41,579 nt of DNA from positions 1 to 41,579 of the IMG/VR virus record IMGVR_UViG_3300016478_000061. One strand, given 5' to 3'. Source of the stretch: a virus. Lineage: Duplodnaviria > Caudoviricetes. Under the pieces are notes generated by a model. It made no database searches. It had not been told where the DNA came from and was given only the letters and a program-made list of their open reading frames with translations. A program made the position numbers and the translations under genes. Of the stretch, positions 15,967-24,943 are shown piece after piece (the first letter of the stretch is position 1; every line of letters begins with the position of its first letter).

Positions 15967-18741
15967 ATGACCAACCTAACATTCCCCTTGACCCTCTCAT
16001 GTGGGTGCAAGGCGCTTTCAAATTGCCGCTGCTGGAGTGAGCGAGGAAACTCTGGCCGGGTTGATGGCGACAGCCCGATCGATCGGGTGCTGCGCGAGTT
16101 CAACGGCGCATGGCGCCAGACCCTGGAAAATTACGGGTGCCGCTTGCCATCCGGGCGCCATCACGGGCCATGCCCGGTATGTGGTGGCAAAGATCGATTC
16201 CGCTTTGACGACAAGGATGGTCGCGGCACTTGGTTCTGCAGTCAGTGCGACCCACAGAGCGGCGGTGGCCTGCTGCTGCTGTCCAGGTTCCTGGGAAACC
16301 CCACCATCGAAGTCGCCAATGAACTGCTGGGCAACACCACCGAGCGCAGCCGTGCGCCGGTGTATCGCTCGTTCGTGAGCGAGGACCAGATCCGCAAAGC
16401 CAATCATGAGCAGGCACGCAAGGGTGCCGAGGCGCTGCTGACTTCCTCAGAGCTGCGCCCTCATCCCTACATGTCAGATCGCGGCCTGGACGGCCAGTGG
16501 CTGGTGAACGGGGAGCCGATCATGGGGCGTGACCGGTCGGTTATCCAGCCTGGTGAGCTGATGCTGGTTCCGGCCTACAAGGCGGAAGGAGACGGCTCAA
16601 AACTGGTGAACGTGCAGAAAATCAAGGCCAACAAGGAAAAGCGCCCGTTGTTCGGTGGGGACATGGCCGGGGTGTATCACAAGCTGGATGGCCACAAAAA
16701 GCTGATCGCCATCGTCGAGGGGTACGCCACCGGCGTGACCGTCAACCAAGTGACAGGCGCAACCACCTATTGCGCATTCAACACCGGCAACCTTGCCGCC
16801 GTATCGGCGTGGGTTGCAGACCAGCACCCAGGGGTGCCGGTAGTGTTCTTTGCTGATAACGACGAGCACGGCGCGGGACTACGCTACGCCAAGGATGCCG
16901 CCGCGCCGATAGGTGCAACCGTGGCCCTGCCGCCAGAGCTGGGTGACTGGGACGACTACCGGCAGGCACATGGGGTGGAGGCTACCAAGCTGGCCATGCG
17001 CCGGGCTATCGCAGCAGATCGGGAGGCGTGCGGGGTGCCCACACCCACCATGGCAAAAAAAGCAGAACATGAGGTCGAGTCGCCCACACACCCCGGGGCA
17101 GAAAAGCCTCTCGGCTCAGACTCAGGTATGGCGTCGCCCACACCCCCCGCCCCACCTGCCGCCCCCTTCGGCTTCACCCTGCCAGGCATGCCGCCAGCAC
17201 CTGCAGCGGCACCCAGCAAGCGCAAGGCGGCCCCCAAGGAAAGCGACCTGCCGCCCGGGATAGACTTCAACGGCATGGACATCGACACCCCGCCAGGGCT
17301 TGCCGGCCGGATCGTTGAGTACATCCGCGAGGGGGCCAACCGGCAGTTGAGCGGCGGGGCCTATTCCGCCATGGCGCTGCAGTGCATGGCGATGGCAGGG
17401 GCAGGGCTGCCAGGGCTCGGCGGCACCAAGCTGTCACTGATCACTCTCACCTTGGGCATGTCGGCGGCGGGCAAGGAGTGGCCGCAGCGCGTGGTCAAGA
17501 ACCTGCTGGATGCCCACGGCAAGACCGTCTATGGCGACATCCGATCAGACAAGGACGTGATCCGCTCGGCCATTTATGACAATGGCCACTGTTTCTATGT
17601 GGTAGACGAGGCCCAGAAGATCCTGTCGTCCAACACCGGAAGCCAGCAGAACAAGCACATGTCGAACGTGATCAGCACCCTGATGGAGCTTTCCACGACC
17701 TCCTGCTACAAGCTGTCTCAACTGCACCGGGATGAGTTCCTGACCCACATCGAAACGGCCCGGGCCAGGGTGGAGAAGGTGATCGAGGCCAAGCGCGAGA
17801 CCATCGCCCACATGAACCAGGATCACGAGGAGGGGCGCATCAAAAAGGCGCAACTGGAGATCGAGCAGCTGGAGCGCAAGCTGGCCGACCACGACAAGCG
17901 GGCGATCACCGCCCGGGACGGCGTGCGCAATCCATCGCTGCACCTGCTGGCATACTCAACCCCACAGAAGCTGGCCGCCATCGTGGATGAAGACAGTATC
18001 GAGTCTGGTTTCTTGGGCCGGGCGCTGATCAACGACTGCGGCATTGAGAGGGCGCCACAACGCCTGACCATCGAAGATCTGAAAAAGGCACCGACCGGCG
18101 GCCAGGACATGCAGTTCGAGATGCTAAAGGCGCAGATCGGGCTGATCTGCCAACTGGCAGACGACGAGAGCAAGCACAGCGTGGACAACGAATTCAACGG
18201 ATCACGGTTCCGCTACGACATCACGCCGGACGCCGAGCGGGACATGTGCGCCATCCTGCAGCACTATGACCAGCATCACTACCGCAACCACCCGCGCGTG
18301 GGGGCCATATATGCCCGCCTGGTTGAGCGTGTGATGTCGCTGTCATCCATCATGGCCCTGGGTAACTACGGATGCGACGGGGCACGCATTGAGAGCTCAT
18401 ACGTCCGTTACGCGCTCATGCTGGTGCTGCAGAGCCTGGAGCACCTCACCAGCAACCTCAAGATCAACGAGGGAGCCACAGAGGAGACCGTCGAGGCCAA
18501 GCTGGAGGCCGTGCAGGCAGCCATCCTCAAGATGATCAACATAGACCGCCGCAAGGACGACCAAGACGGCTGGCGCTACGTGAGCGTCATCAAAGCGCAG
18601 ATGAAGCGCCGCAAATTCTACCAGCAGATCCAGAAGCAGCTGGACGGGGCGAACCAGGACGCCATGCAAAACGCCCTGGCAATGCTCGGCGGGAAGATTG
18701 AGATGGACCCGAGCGGGAAGCAGATCAGGTTGAGGAAGTAG
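15967..18741 (+). CDS. DNA primase-helicase (Zn ribbon, TOPRIM, C-terminal helicase-like domain)
   Basis: HGPCPVCGGKDRFRF, CSQC, EGYATG, ADND and DWDD motifs, a Pro/Ala linker, then SAAGKE, VVDEA and SGFLGR motifs. Confidence 0.92.
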   Translation: MTNLTFPLTLSCGCKALSNCRCWSERGNSGRVDGDSPIDRVLREFNGAWRQTLENYGCRLPSGRHHGPCPVCGGKDRFRFDDKDGRGTWFCSQCDPQSGGGLLLLSRFLGNPTIEVANELLGNTTERSRAPVYRSFVSEDQIRKANHEQARKGAEALLTSSELRPHPYMSDRGLDGQWLVNGEPIMGRDRSVIQPGELMLVPAYKAEGDGSKLVNVQKIKANKEKRPLFGGDMAGVYHKLDGHKKLIAIVEGYATGVTVNQVTGATTYCAFNTGNLAAVSAWVADQHPGVPVVFFADNDEHGAGLRYAKDAAAPIGATVALPPELGDWDDYRQAHGVEATKLAMRRAIAADREACGVPTPTMAKKAEHEVESPTHPGAEKPLGSDSGMASPTPPAPPAAPFGFTLPGMPPAPAAAPSKRKAAPKESDLPPGIDFNGMDIDTPPGLAGRIVEYIREGANRQLSGGAYSAMALQCMAMAGAGLPGLGGTKLSLITLTLGMSAAGKEWPQRVVKNLLDAHGKTVYGDIRSDKDVIRSAIYDNGHCFYVVDEAQKILSSNTGSQQNKHMSNVISTLMELSTTSCYKLSQLHRDEFLTHIETARARVEKVIEAKRETIAHMNQDHEEGRIKKAQLEIEQLERKLADHDKRAITARDGVRNPSLHLLAYSTPQKLAAIVDEDSIESGFLGRALINDCGIERAPQRLTIEDLKKAPTGGQDMQFEMLKAQIGLICQLADDESKHSVDNEFNGSRFRYDITPDAERDMCAILQHYDQHHYRNHPRVGAIYARLVERVMSLSSIMALGNYGCDGARIESSYVRYALMLVLQSLEHLTSNLKINEGATEETVEAKLEAVQAAILKMINIDRRKDDQDGWRYVSVIKAQMKRRKFYQQIQKQLDGANQDAMQNALAMLGGKIEMDPSGKQIRLRK

Positions 18742-18785
18742 GGCCGCCCAAGGCGACAGAAGACGAAAAGCCACCGGCAGAAACG

Positions 18786-18811
18786 AAAAGCCACCGCAAG
18801 GTGGCTTTTTT
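18786..18811 (+). terminator. Intrinsic terminator after primase
   Basis: AAAAGCCACC-GCAA-GGTGGCTTTTTT. Confidence 0.88.
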
Positions 18812-19055
18812 GTGGGCGGTTGGTGGTCGGAAGGTGCAATCCGTCAATTACTAAAATCCCAGCCATCAATCCATCTGGACGTCCGAAACGGCATCGCAGA
18901 TCGCTGACACGGATTTTTTGTGCGTGTGGTTATTTGTGGTTACGTCAAAACCAAAACCCAGCAACGGTGCGGGTTTGCGGGGAGTTATGCTTTTATTTGT
19001 TTTATGCACGTGATCCCCTACCCCTCTGTTTTTGGGCACCCCCCCTTATTTCCCT

Positions 19056-19094
<39 letters not shown>

Positions 19095-19209
19095 AATATA
19101 CATAAATGAATAACTATCCCCTTAGATCGCGCCACACAAGGGTTTGCACTTGTGCAAGTCTTTGTGCATGTGGCTCTTTGAAATGCAAAAAATAAGCGAA
19201 ACCATTTAA

Positions 19210-19222
19210 AATCAACGACTTA
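19210..19222 (+). promoter_or_regulatory. IHF-binding consensus
   Basis: AATCAACGACTTA matches WATCAANNNNTTR, with an A-rich upstream tract. Confidence 0.6.
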
Positions 19223-19263
19223 TGGCTTTCTTTGGGAATTATCAAAAAATTCCAGGAGCGAGG

Positions 19264-19292
19264 TTGCCGTCAGCGACCGGTGGAGGTAGAGT
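19264..19292 (+). promoter_or_regulatory. Sigma70 promoter
   Basis: TTGCCG-N17-TAGAGT. Confidence 0.6.
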
Positions 19293-19298
19293 TTCGTT

Positions 19299-19346
19299 GC
19301 TGGCTAGGGGGCACCCGAACCTCCGACTCGTGACCGGATTGCCAGC
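19299..19346 (+). ncRNA. Structured leader RNA (c4/CI-like three-way junction)
   Basis: GCTGGC/GCCAGC closing stem, GGG-GGCA-CCC GNRA hairpin, TCCG-ACTCGTGAC-CGGA hairpin. Confidence 0.55.
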
Positions 19347-19379
19347 TAACTCAAGTCACGGCCAACACGAGGCAGTCAC

Positions 19380-19877
19380 ATGACCAATCTCACCGAAGAC
19401 CAAAAGATAATCATCAAAGCCATTGAGCTTGGATTCCCAACCCCGAAAGCACCAGAAGATCAGCGCAAGCTGTTTGAGTTATTTTTCTCAGAAGCTATCA
19501 AGGCGGCTGAATACTCAGAGCTTGACCCGAGTCATGTTTTTTCATTTCAAGTAAAACTGATTCGAATGGCTGAAAGTGGTGAATTTGTCTTGCCAGTTTC
19601 CGATGCCCAGCTTGGCAAATTCCTGATCGCAATGACTGACAACCCAGCAACAGCTGAGTTTTGCCTCGGAGCAATGACCCCGTACTCAGTAAAAATTGAA
19701 ATGCGCAAGTCATGGCCATTCAAGGATCTCGAGGTTGGCCAATCTTGCCGGATTGGTGGCACAAAATCGGAAAGAGCGAGTGCACAGATCCAGGCTCACA
19801 CGTACGCCAAAGCAACTGGCAAAAAAATGAGAACATTCACGGTTGATGGTTTTCTTTTCGTGAAGCGTCAGTGGTAG
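19380..19877 (+). CDS. Low-GC putative DNA-binding protein
   Basis: C-terminal WPFKDLEVGQS...YAK..GKK.RT motif; own promoter and terminator. Confidence 0.65.
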   Translation: MTNLTEDQKIIIKAIELGFPTPKAPEDQRKLFELFFSEAIKAAEYSELDPSHVFSFQVKLIRMAESGEFVLPVSDAQLGKFLIAMTDNPATAEFCLGAMTPYSVKIEMRKSWPFKDLEVGQSCRIGGTKSERASAQIQAHTYAKATGKKMRTFTVDGFLFVKRQW

Positions 19878-19898
19878 CTCAAGCAGCAACCCCACCAA

Positions 19899-19926
19899 GC
19901 CCCGCCAAGCGCGGGGTTATTTATTT
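19899..19926 (+). terminator. Intrinsic terminator
   Basis: GCCCCGC-CAAGC-GCGGGGT followed by TATTTATTT. Confidence 0.7.
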
Positions 19927-19938
19927 ACGCAATTCCTC

Positions 19939-19966
19939 TTGCATTAAACCCCTGCCGGTGTATTCT
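19939..19966 (+). promoter_or_regulatory. Early promoter
   Basis: TTGCAT-N16-TATTCT. Confidence 0.5.
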
Positions 19967-20014
19967 TCCCCTGTGCCAGTCAGCACGGTCTGGCGCCAAC
20001 CACAGGAGACACCC

Positions 20015-21121
20015 ATGACCACCAACAGCGAACTGATCACCCTGCCACCAGCCGACACCAGCGAGGCAAACCTGCCCAGCATCCCGGCGCACTTCACCGC
20101 CCCGGCACTGGAAGCGTTTTACAAGCAGGTCGAGGCCGAAGTCACCGCCGAGGTGCCGGACGTTGAGACGCCGGAAGGTCGCGCCAACATCAAGGCCCTG
20201 GCCGCCAAGGTGGCAAGCAGCAAGACGGCCATCGACAAGCCGATCCGCGATCACCTGCGAGCCATCAAGGCCATCCCGAAGATCCTGGAAGCGAATGCCC
20301 GTGAGAGCATCGAGCGCTTCGACAACCTGAAGGCGACCGTGCTTGCGCCGCTGGAGGCCGCTCAATCGCCCCAGGACGCAATCCTTGCCATGCTGGCAGG
20401 CATCCCTACCCGCTGCGCATCGGAATTCACCACAAGTGATTCTGTGCGCCCTGCGCTTGCCGAGGTCGAGGATGTCAGCCTGGATGACTTCTGGCCGGAG
20501 CTGCGCAAAAAAGCCAAGGCAGTAAGTGAGACCGCCCTTACCATGCTGCGTGACACCCTGGAGCGCCTGGAGCGCGAAGAGGCAACCGCCGCAGAACTGG
20601 CCCGCCTGCAGGCCGAGGCTGCCATCCGCGAGCAGCAGGAGCGAGATCGCCTGATTGCGGAGGAGGCGGCCCGCAAAGCACGCGAAGAGGAAGAGGCCCG
20701 CGCCCGCCGTGACCGCGAAGACGCAGAGCGCCGCGCAGCTGAGGCAAGGCAGCGGGAGGAGCAGGCCAAGCTGGATGCCAGGCTGGCAGAGCAACGTGCA
20801 GCTGAGGCCGAGCAGCGCCGCCAAGCTGATGCTGAAGCAGCAGAGCAACGCCGCATTGCGGCCGAACAAGCCGCAGCAGAGCGCCAACGCCTGGCGGAGC
20901 AGCAGGCAGCGCAAGCTGAGCGAGACCGCATCGCCGAGGAAGAGCGCCAGGCCGAGATCGCCCGCAAGGCTCGCGAGGATGACAAGGCGCACCGGACGGC
21001 GATAAACCGTGCTGCGCTGAATGCGCTGATGGCCGAGACCGGGATCGACATCGAGCTTGGCAAGGCCGTGCTGACGGCGATTGGCAAGGGCTTGGTGCCG
21101 AACGTGCGGATCCACTACTGA
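20015..21121 (+). CDS. Long coiled-coil (TolA-like Ala/Glu/Arg-rich) phage protein
   Basis: CACAGGAGA RBS; PDV.T.EGR..I..LA.KVA.SKTAID and I.KG.VPNVRI.Y motifs; precedes the recombination genes. Confidence 0.8.
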   Translation: MTTNSELITLPPADTSEANLPSIPAHFTAPALEAFYKQVEAEVTAEVPDVETPEGRANIKALAAKVASSKTAIDKPIRDHLRAIKAIPKILEANARESIERFDNLKATVLAPLEAAQSPQDAILAMLAGIPTRCASEFTTSDSVRPALAEVEDVSLDDFWPELRKKAKAVSETALTMLRDTLERLEREEATAAELARLQAEAAIREQQERDRLIAEEAARKAREEEEARARRDREDAERRAAEARQREEQAKLDARLAEQRAAEAEQRRQADAEAAEQRRIAAEQAAAERQRLAEQQAAQAERDRIAEEERQAEIARKAREDDKAHRTAINRAALNALMAETGIDIELGKAVLTAIGKGLVPNVRIHY

Positions 21122-21170
21122 TTCAACCCGGGCCGTTACGGCGGCCCACACACAACACAGGAGAAACACC

Positions 21171-21530
21171 ATGATCAGATATCGCTATGTTGACTTGATT
21201 ACCGAAGAGGGTGTCGAGCTCTACATTGAGGAGTGGACAGAGATAAAGAAAACGCCGCGAGGGGCCTGGGTGCAGCGGTTTTACATGGGGCATGGGTTCG
21301 GTAAGAAGCGGTTTGTTCTGGATGGTCTTGGTCGCCGACTTTGCCACCAAACCAAGGAGCAGGCCTGGGAGTCTTTCAAGCTGCGCAAGAAGTGGCAGGC
21401 CAGCAGGGCGCAGGCCCAGCTCGACCGAGCTAAGTATGCAATCGAGCAGATATCAAACCTTGGTTCGGCACCGCAGGAAAGATTGGTTCTTGGTAAGCCA
21501 GATTTCTGGCACAGCTACATTTTTGAGTGA
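21171..21530 (+). CDS. Hypothetical protein
   Basis: CACAGGAGA RBS; KKTP.GAWV motif. Confidence 0.7.
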   Translation: MIRYRYVDLITEEGVELYIEEWTEIKKTPRGAWVQRFYMGHGFGKKRFVLDGLGRRLCHQTKEQAWESFKLRKKWQASRAQAQLDRAKYAIEQISNLGSAPQERLVLGKPDFWHSYIFE

Positions 21531-21541
21531 GGAGAAACACC

Positions 21542-21937
21542 ATGGTAATCGACTGGACGCAAGCCCCGAAAGGAACTACTCACTGCACCATCAACGGCGG
21601 AGAGCCGCGTTGGTATCAGGAAACAATGGGCGGGATGAACTGCTGGAACGTTGCCAACGCCACTTGGTTCCAGTCGTTCTTCTCGTCACCCAGCGACATC
21701 GAAGACAATGGCCTGCGGCTGTATGCCAATGGCGAGCAGTCTGAGCTGGTGATGCTGCGGGAGCAGCGGGATGCGTTGTTGCAATCTCTGAAGGACTTGC
21801 GACAAGAATTTATGATGACGCTTCAGGAAAATGACATAGACCCGAATTACTACCTCGCCATTGCGCTTAGCAGTAGCGGAAGAAAGGCGTTTGTTGATTC
21901 TGGACAGCTCATCACTAATGTGGATGGCACCAAGTAA
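21542..21937 (+). CDS. Hypothetical protein (IDW..AP.G.TH module)
   Basis: GAGGAG RBS; TAATG coupling to the next gene. Confidence 0.7.
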   Translation: MVIDWTQAPKGTTHCTINGGEPRWYQETMGGMNCWNVANATWFQSFFSSPSDIEDNGLRLYANGEQSELVMLREQRDALLQSLKDLRQEFMMTLQENDIDPNYYLAIALSSSGRKAFVDSGQLITNVDGTK

Positions 21938-22725
21938 TGGCCCACCAAGTCCTTAACCTCACCAACGCCGAGTACCGCGCCCAGCGCGGTTACTCAAAAA
22001 GCGACCTCGACTACATCCACCAGTCCCCCGCCCTGCTGGAGTGGGCCCGCAACGCTCCATCGGTTGGCAGTGACGAGGTGGACCTGGGCACCCATGTGCA
22101 TTTCGCCACCTTGGAGCCTGACGTGTTCGCTGGCACCTACCGCAAGGAGCCAGCTGGTGGGCGCACGGCGGCTGATAGAACCAGGGTGGAAGCGTTCGCC
22201 GAGCACTGCAAGGCCAGCGGCAAGATCTGCCTTGACGCCGACACCTACGACATGGTGATCGCCATGCGTGACAGCGTGCTGGCTCACCCGACGGCGCGGG
22301 ACCTGCTCACCGGTGACGGCATCAGCGAATCCAGCATTTTTGGCGAGCTGGAGGGCGTGCGGGTGAAGTGTCGGCCCGATCGCCTCATCAGGGAGCGCAA
22401 CATCCTGGTGGACGTCAAGAAGGTGGACGACATCCGCCACATTGCTCGCTCCATCCAAGAGTTCCGTTACTACGTGCAGGCGGCTTTCTACTCCGACATC
22501 TACGAGCAGTGGACTGGCCACAAGCCTCGCTTCATCTTCGTGGCAGTTGGACAGCGGCGCAGCATTGGGCGGCACCCAGTGCGGGTGTTTGAGCTGGAAC
22601 AGGCATGGGTTGATGCTGGTAGGCGGGAGTATCTGGACGATCTGGAACGGGTGAGGGAGATGGAAGCCTTCGGAGTCGGGATGCACGTCGAGGTGCTGGA
22701 GTTGCCGCGATGGGCTCGCCAGTAG
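21937..22725 (+). CDS. recE: RecE/exonuclease VIII-like PD-(D/E)XK exonuclease
   Basis: SKSDLD, GT.VH...LEP, KCRPD, DVK and YYVQAAFY motifs. Confidence 0.9.
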   Translation: MAHQVLNLTNAEYRAQRGYSKSDLDYIHQSPALLEWARNAPSVGSDEVDLGTHVHFATLEPDVFAGTYRKEPAGGRTAADRTRVEAFAEHCKASGKICLDADTYDMVIAMRDSVLAHPTARDLLTGDGISESSIFGELEGVRVKCRPDRLIRERNILVDVKKVDDIRHIARSIQEFRYYVQAAFYSDIYEQWTGHKPRFIFVAVGQRRSIGRHPVRVFELEQAWVDAGRREYLDDLERVREMEAFGVGMHVEVLELPRWARQ

Positions 22726-22752
22726 CCGAGGCGCAATAAAACACAAAACAGC

Positions 22753-22781
22753 TTGCAATAAATGACGCCATGACGTAGAGT
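22753..22781 (+). promoter_or_regulatory. Early sigma70 promoter
   Basis: TTGCAA-N17-TAGAGT with an A-rich UP-like region. Confidence 0.7.
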
Positions 22782-22813
22782 TGTGGCGTTGTCACGTTAA
22801 CAGGAGAAACCAA

Positions 22814-23689
22814 ATGAGTAACGCACTATCAGTAATCGCAGCAAGCAACGGAGTGACCCAAGAAGAGGTTGCGGAAGTATTGCGCGGCATGATCATCAGC
22901 GGCAAGGGACAGCACGGAGCGCAAGCCACCAACGCAGAAATGACAGTGGTGTCCAGTATTTTTGCGAAGTATGACCTGAACCCGTTCATCCGTGAGGGCC
23001 ACGCATTTGTCAGCGGTGGAAAGCTCCAGGTCATGATTGGCCTGGACGGATGGCTCAAGATCGCCAACCGCCACCCCGAGTTTGACGGCTATGAGCAGTT
23101 AGACAACTTTGACGACAAGGGTGATCTGGTTTCAGTCACAACCAAGATTTACGTCAAAAACCGCCGATTCCCAACCCCTCATACCGAGTACATGAAAGAG
23201 GCGTTTGTATCCACCAGCCCAGCATGGAAGAAATTCCCTTTCCGCATGCTGGCTGGCAAGTCTCTCGGGCAATGCGTAAGAAAAGCCTTCGGGGTGTCTG
23301 AGGTGCTCGACGACGACGAAGCCTCCCGCATCACGGCTAGCTCGCCACGCGAATCCCACGGATCCCGCGAAAAGGACATCACCCCGGCGACCAAGGAGAT
23401 CGACTGGGAAGCCATCAAGGCGGACATGGCCGAGTGCGGAGATGAGGAGTCCCTCAATGCCGTGTGCGTCGAGCTGCGCAGGCGCCTGGAGGCTGATGGG
23501 CAGTGGGCACAAGCCAAAGCCACCTGCATCCTGATGAAGTCTGAGCACCAGGCTCGGATCCAGTCCTACACCGCACAGGCTGACGCAGCGCAAGGCGAGG
23601 CGCTGGAGGGGGAGTTTGAGCCGGCATTCGACAGCACCGAAACCACAGCCACGGTTCGCCAAGCTGCCGTAGAAATGGAATTCGAGTAA
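22814..23689 (+). CDS. recT: RecT/Red-beta single-strand annealing protein
   Basis: YDLNPF.RE, GLDGW.KIANRHPEFDG and W...P.RML..K...QC.R.AFG motifs. Confidence 0.9.
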   Translation: MSNALSVIAASNGVTQEEVAEVLRGMIISGKGQHGAQATNAEMTVVSSIFAKYDLNPFIREGHAFVSGGKLQVMIGLDGWLKIANRHPEFDGYEQLDNFDDKGDLVSVTTKIYVKNRRFPTPHTEYMKEAFVSTSPAWKKFPFRMLAGKSLGQCVRKAFGVSEVLDDDEASRITASSPRESHGSREKDITPATKEIDWEAIKADMAECGDEESLNAVCVELRRRLEADGQWAQAKATCILMKSEHQARIQSYTAQADAAQGEALEGEFEPAFDSTETTATVRQAAVEMEFE

Positions 23690-23740
23690 CCAACCCCGCC
23701 GCCCTTCACTGGGCGGCGCAATCAACACGGAGAGATAACC

Positions 23741-23923
23741 ATGACATCATTCAAAGAGTTCGCCACAGAAGCAGCCCAGATGGAAAACCAGGGGCAGGTC
23801 AAAGAGGCTGCCACCGCCTGGCGCCGAGCTGGCGCGTACTGCACCAAAGAGCAGAACCGCGACTGGTGCAATGCCCGCGCCTGGTTCTGTGAGTACCGTT
23901 TCGCTCGGGAGGCTGCGAAGTGA
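23741..23923 (+). CDS. PerC/ANR-family small regulator
   Basis: AA..E..G....AA.AW.RA...N..WC.ARA.FC pattern. Confidence 0.7.
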   Translation: MTSFKEFATEAAQMENQGQVKEAATAWRRAGAYCTKEQNRDWCNARAWFCEYRFAREAAK

Positions 23924-24195
23924 TCACGACCTACACATCCCGCGACGCCGAGGCATGCGCCTACCTGTCGGCACTGGTAACGGTCGAGCTGTGCGCGGAA
24001 GTGCACCGCACCGGAAAGGTGAACACGGCGATCCGTCGATGCGTCAACCGCCTGCTTCCCGGGCTAGTGGAGCACAAGCGGGTTTATCTGATTTTCAAAG
24101 GTCTGGCCAAGCAGCCATTCCCGGCCGGGTGCCTGCATCATCTGCGGCGCATGCTGGAGGAAATGGCGGGCGGGCAAGTGGTGTTGGAGGAGTGA
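23920..24195 (+). CDS. Hypothetical protein (91 aa)
   Basis: GGAGG RBS; GTGA overlap. Confidence 0.65.
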   Translation: MITTYTSRDAEACAYLSALVTVELCAEVHRTGKVNTAIRRCVNRLLPGLVEHKRVYLIFKGLAKQPFPAGCLHHLRRMLEEMAGGQVVLEE

Positions 24196-24198
24196 GAG

Positions 24199-24477
24199 AT
24201 GATTGATACTGGAAAGATGCTTGAGTCTGTAGAAAGGCTTGAGAGGGTGTTTGGTGGTGAGACACGAGCAACCCAATCAATTGGTGAGGTGAAGGAACTT
24301 CTGGTTAACCTCCGCCAATCAGAAAAAGACGCTGCGCGGTATCGGTGGATTAAGGAGAACAGCCAGTTTGGTGTAGGCAGGTGCGGAGTTGACTGGGAGC
24401 TTTATTTTGAAGGGCCAGCCCCTGATAACTCCGAAATGATTGAGCGCCACATCGACGAGGCCATGCAGTGCAAATAA
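24199..24477 (+). CDS. Hypothetical protein (92 aa)
   Basis: KDAARYRW motif common in phage early proteins. Confidence 0.7.
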   Translation: MIDTGKMLESVERLERVFGGETRATQSIGEVKELLVNLRQSEKDAARYRWIKENSQFGVGRCGVDWELYFEGPAPDNSEMIERHIDEAMQCK

Positions 24478-24665
24478 AACTAGAATTCCTAACCGACTGC
24501 GACGCCCAGCACGGCGCTTACTACCTGCAGGACCGTGGCTACAGCGTCAGGCTGATGGGCAAGGCCCTGGCGGTGGATAAGCCGGATCCGGCAGACCTTG
24601 CTTTGGTGATGACGACCTACCGGGCGTTTGCGGTGGACTTGGCGGAGGGTGACGCATGCGCATGA
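24468..24665 (+). CDS. Hypothetical protein (65 aa)
   Basis: Overlaps both neighbours. Confidence 0.55.
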   Translation: MQIKLEFLTDCDAQHGAYYLQDRGYSVRLMGKALAVDKPDPADLALVMTTYRAFAVDLAEGDACA

Positions 24666-24943
24666 TCCTGGCGGTTATCGTGGTGCTGGTGATCGGGGTA
24701 AACCCGCACTGGCAGAAGTACAAGGCCGAGAGAATCGCGGCCTACCAGGCCCAGCACGGCGGCGACGTCTGCGAAATTCACAATGTGCTGATTGGGGTGG
24801 AGTGTCGCCCTTTCACCAGGGCGGAGCTGGAAGCTAGGGAGCAAGCCGAAGCGTTGCAACGCTGGAATGATCGCGTGGCGGATGCCGAGACCCGGAAGCG
24901 GGTGGCGCAGCAGATGGAGGATTTGCTACAATACCAGCGATGA
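24656..24943 (+). CDS. Small protein with N-terminal signal/TM anchor
   Basis: MILAVIVVLVIGV followed by a charged region. Confidence 0.65.
   Translation: MRMILAVIVVLVIGVNPHWQKYKAERIAAYQAQHGGDVCEIHNVLIGVECRPFTRAELEAREQAEALQRWNDRVADAETRKRVAQQMEDLLQYQR
24924..24932 (+). promoter_or_regulatory. Extended -10 promoter
   Basis: TG-C-TACAAT immediately upstream of the structured RNA. Confidence 0.55.

Noticed and set aside
19925-21172. Long antisense ORFs (415 and 241 aa), and similar ones opposite the helicase and sheath
   Set aside because: These are shadow ORFs of GC-rich, biased sense genes.
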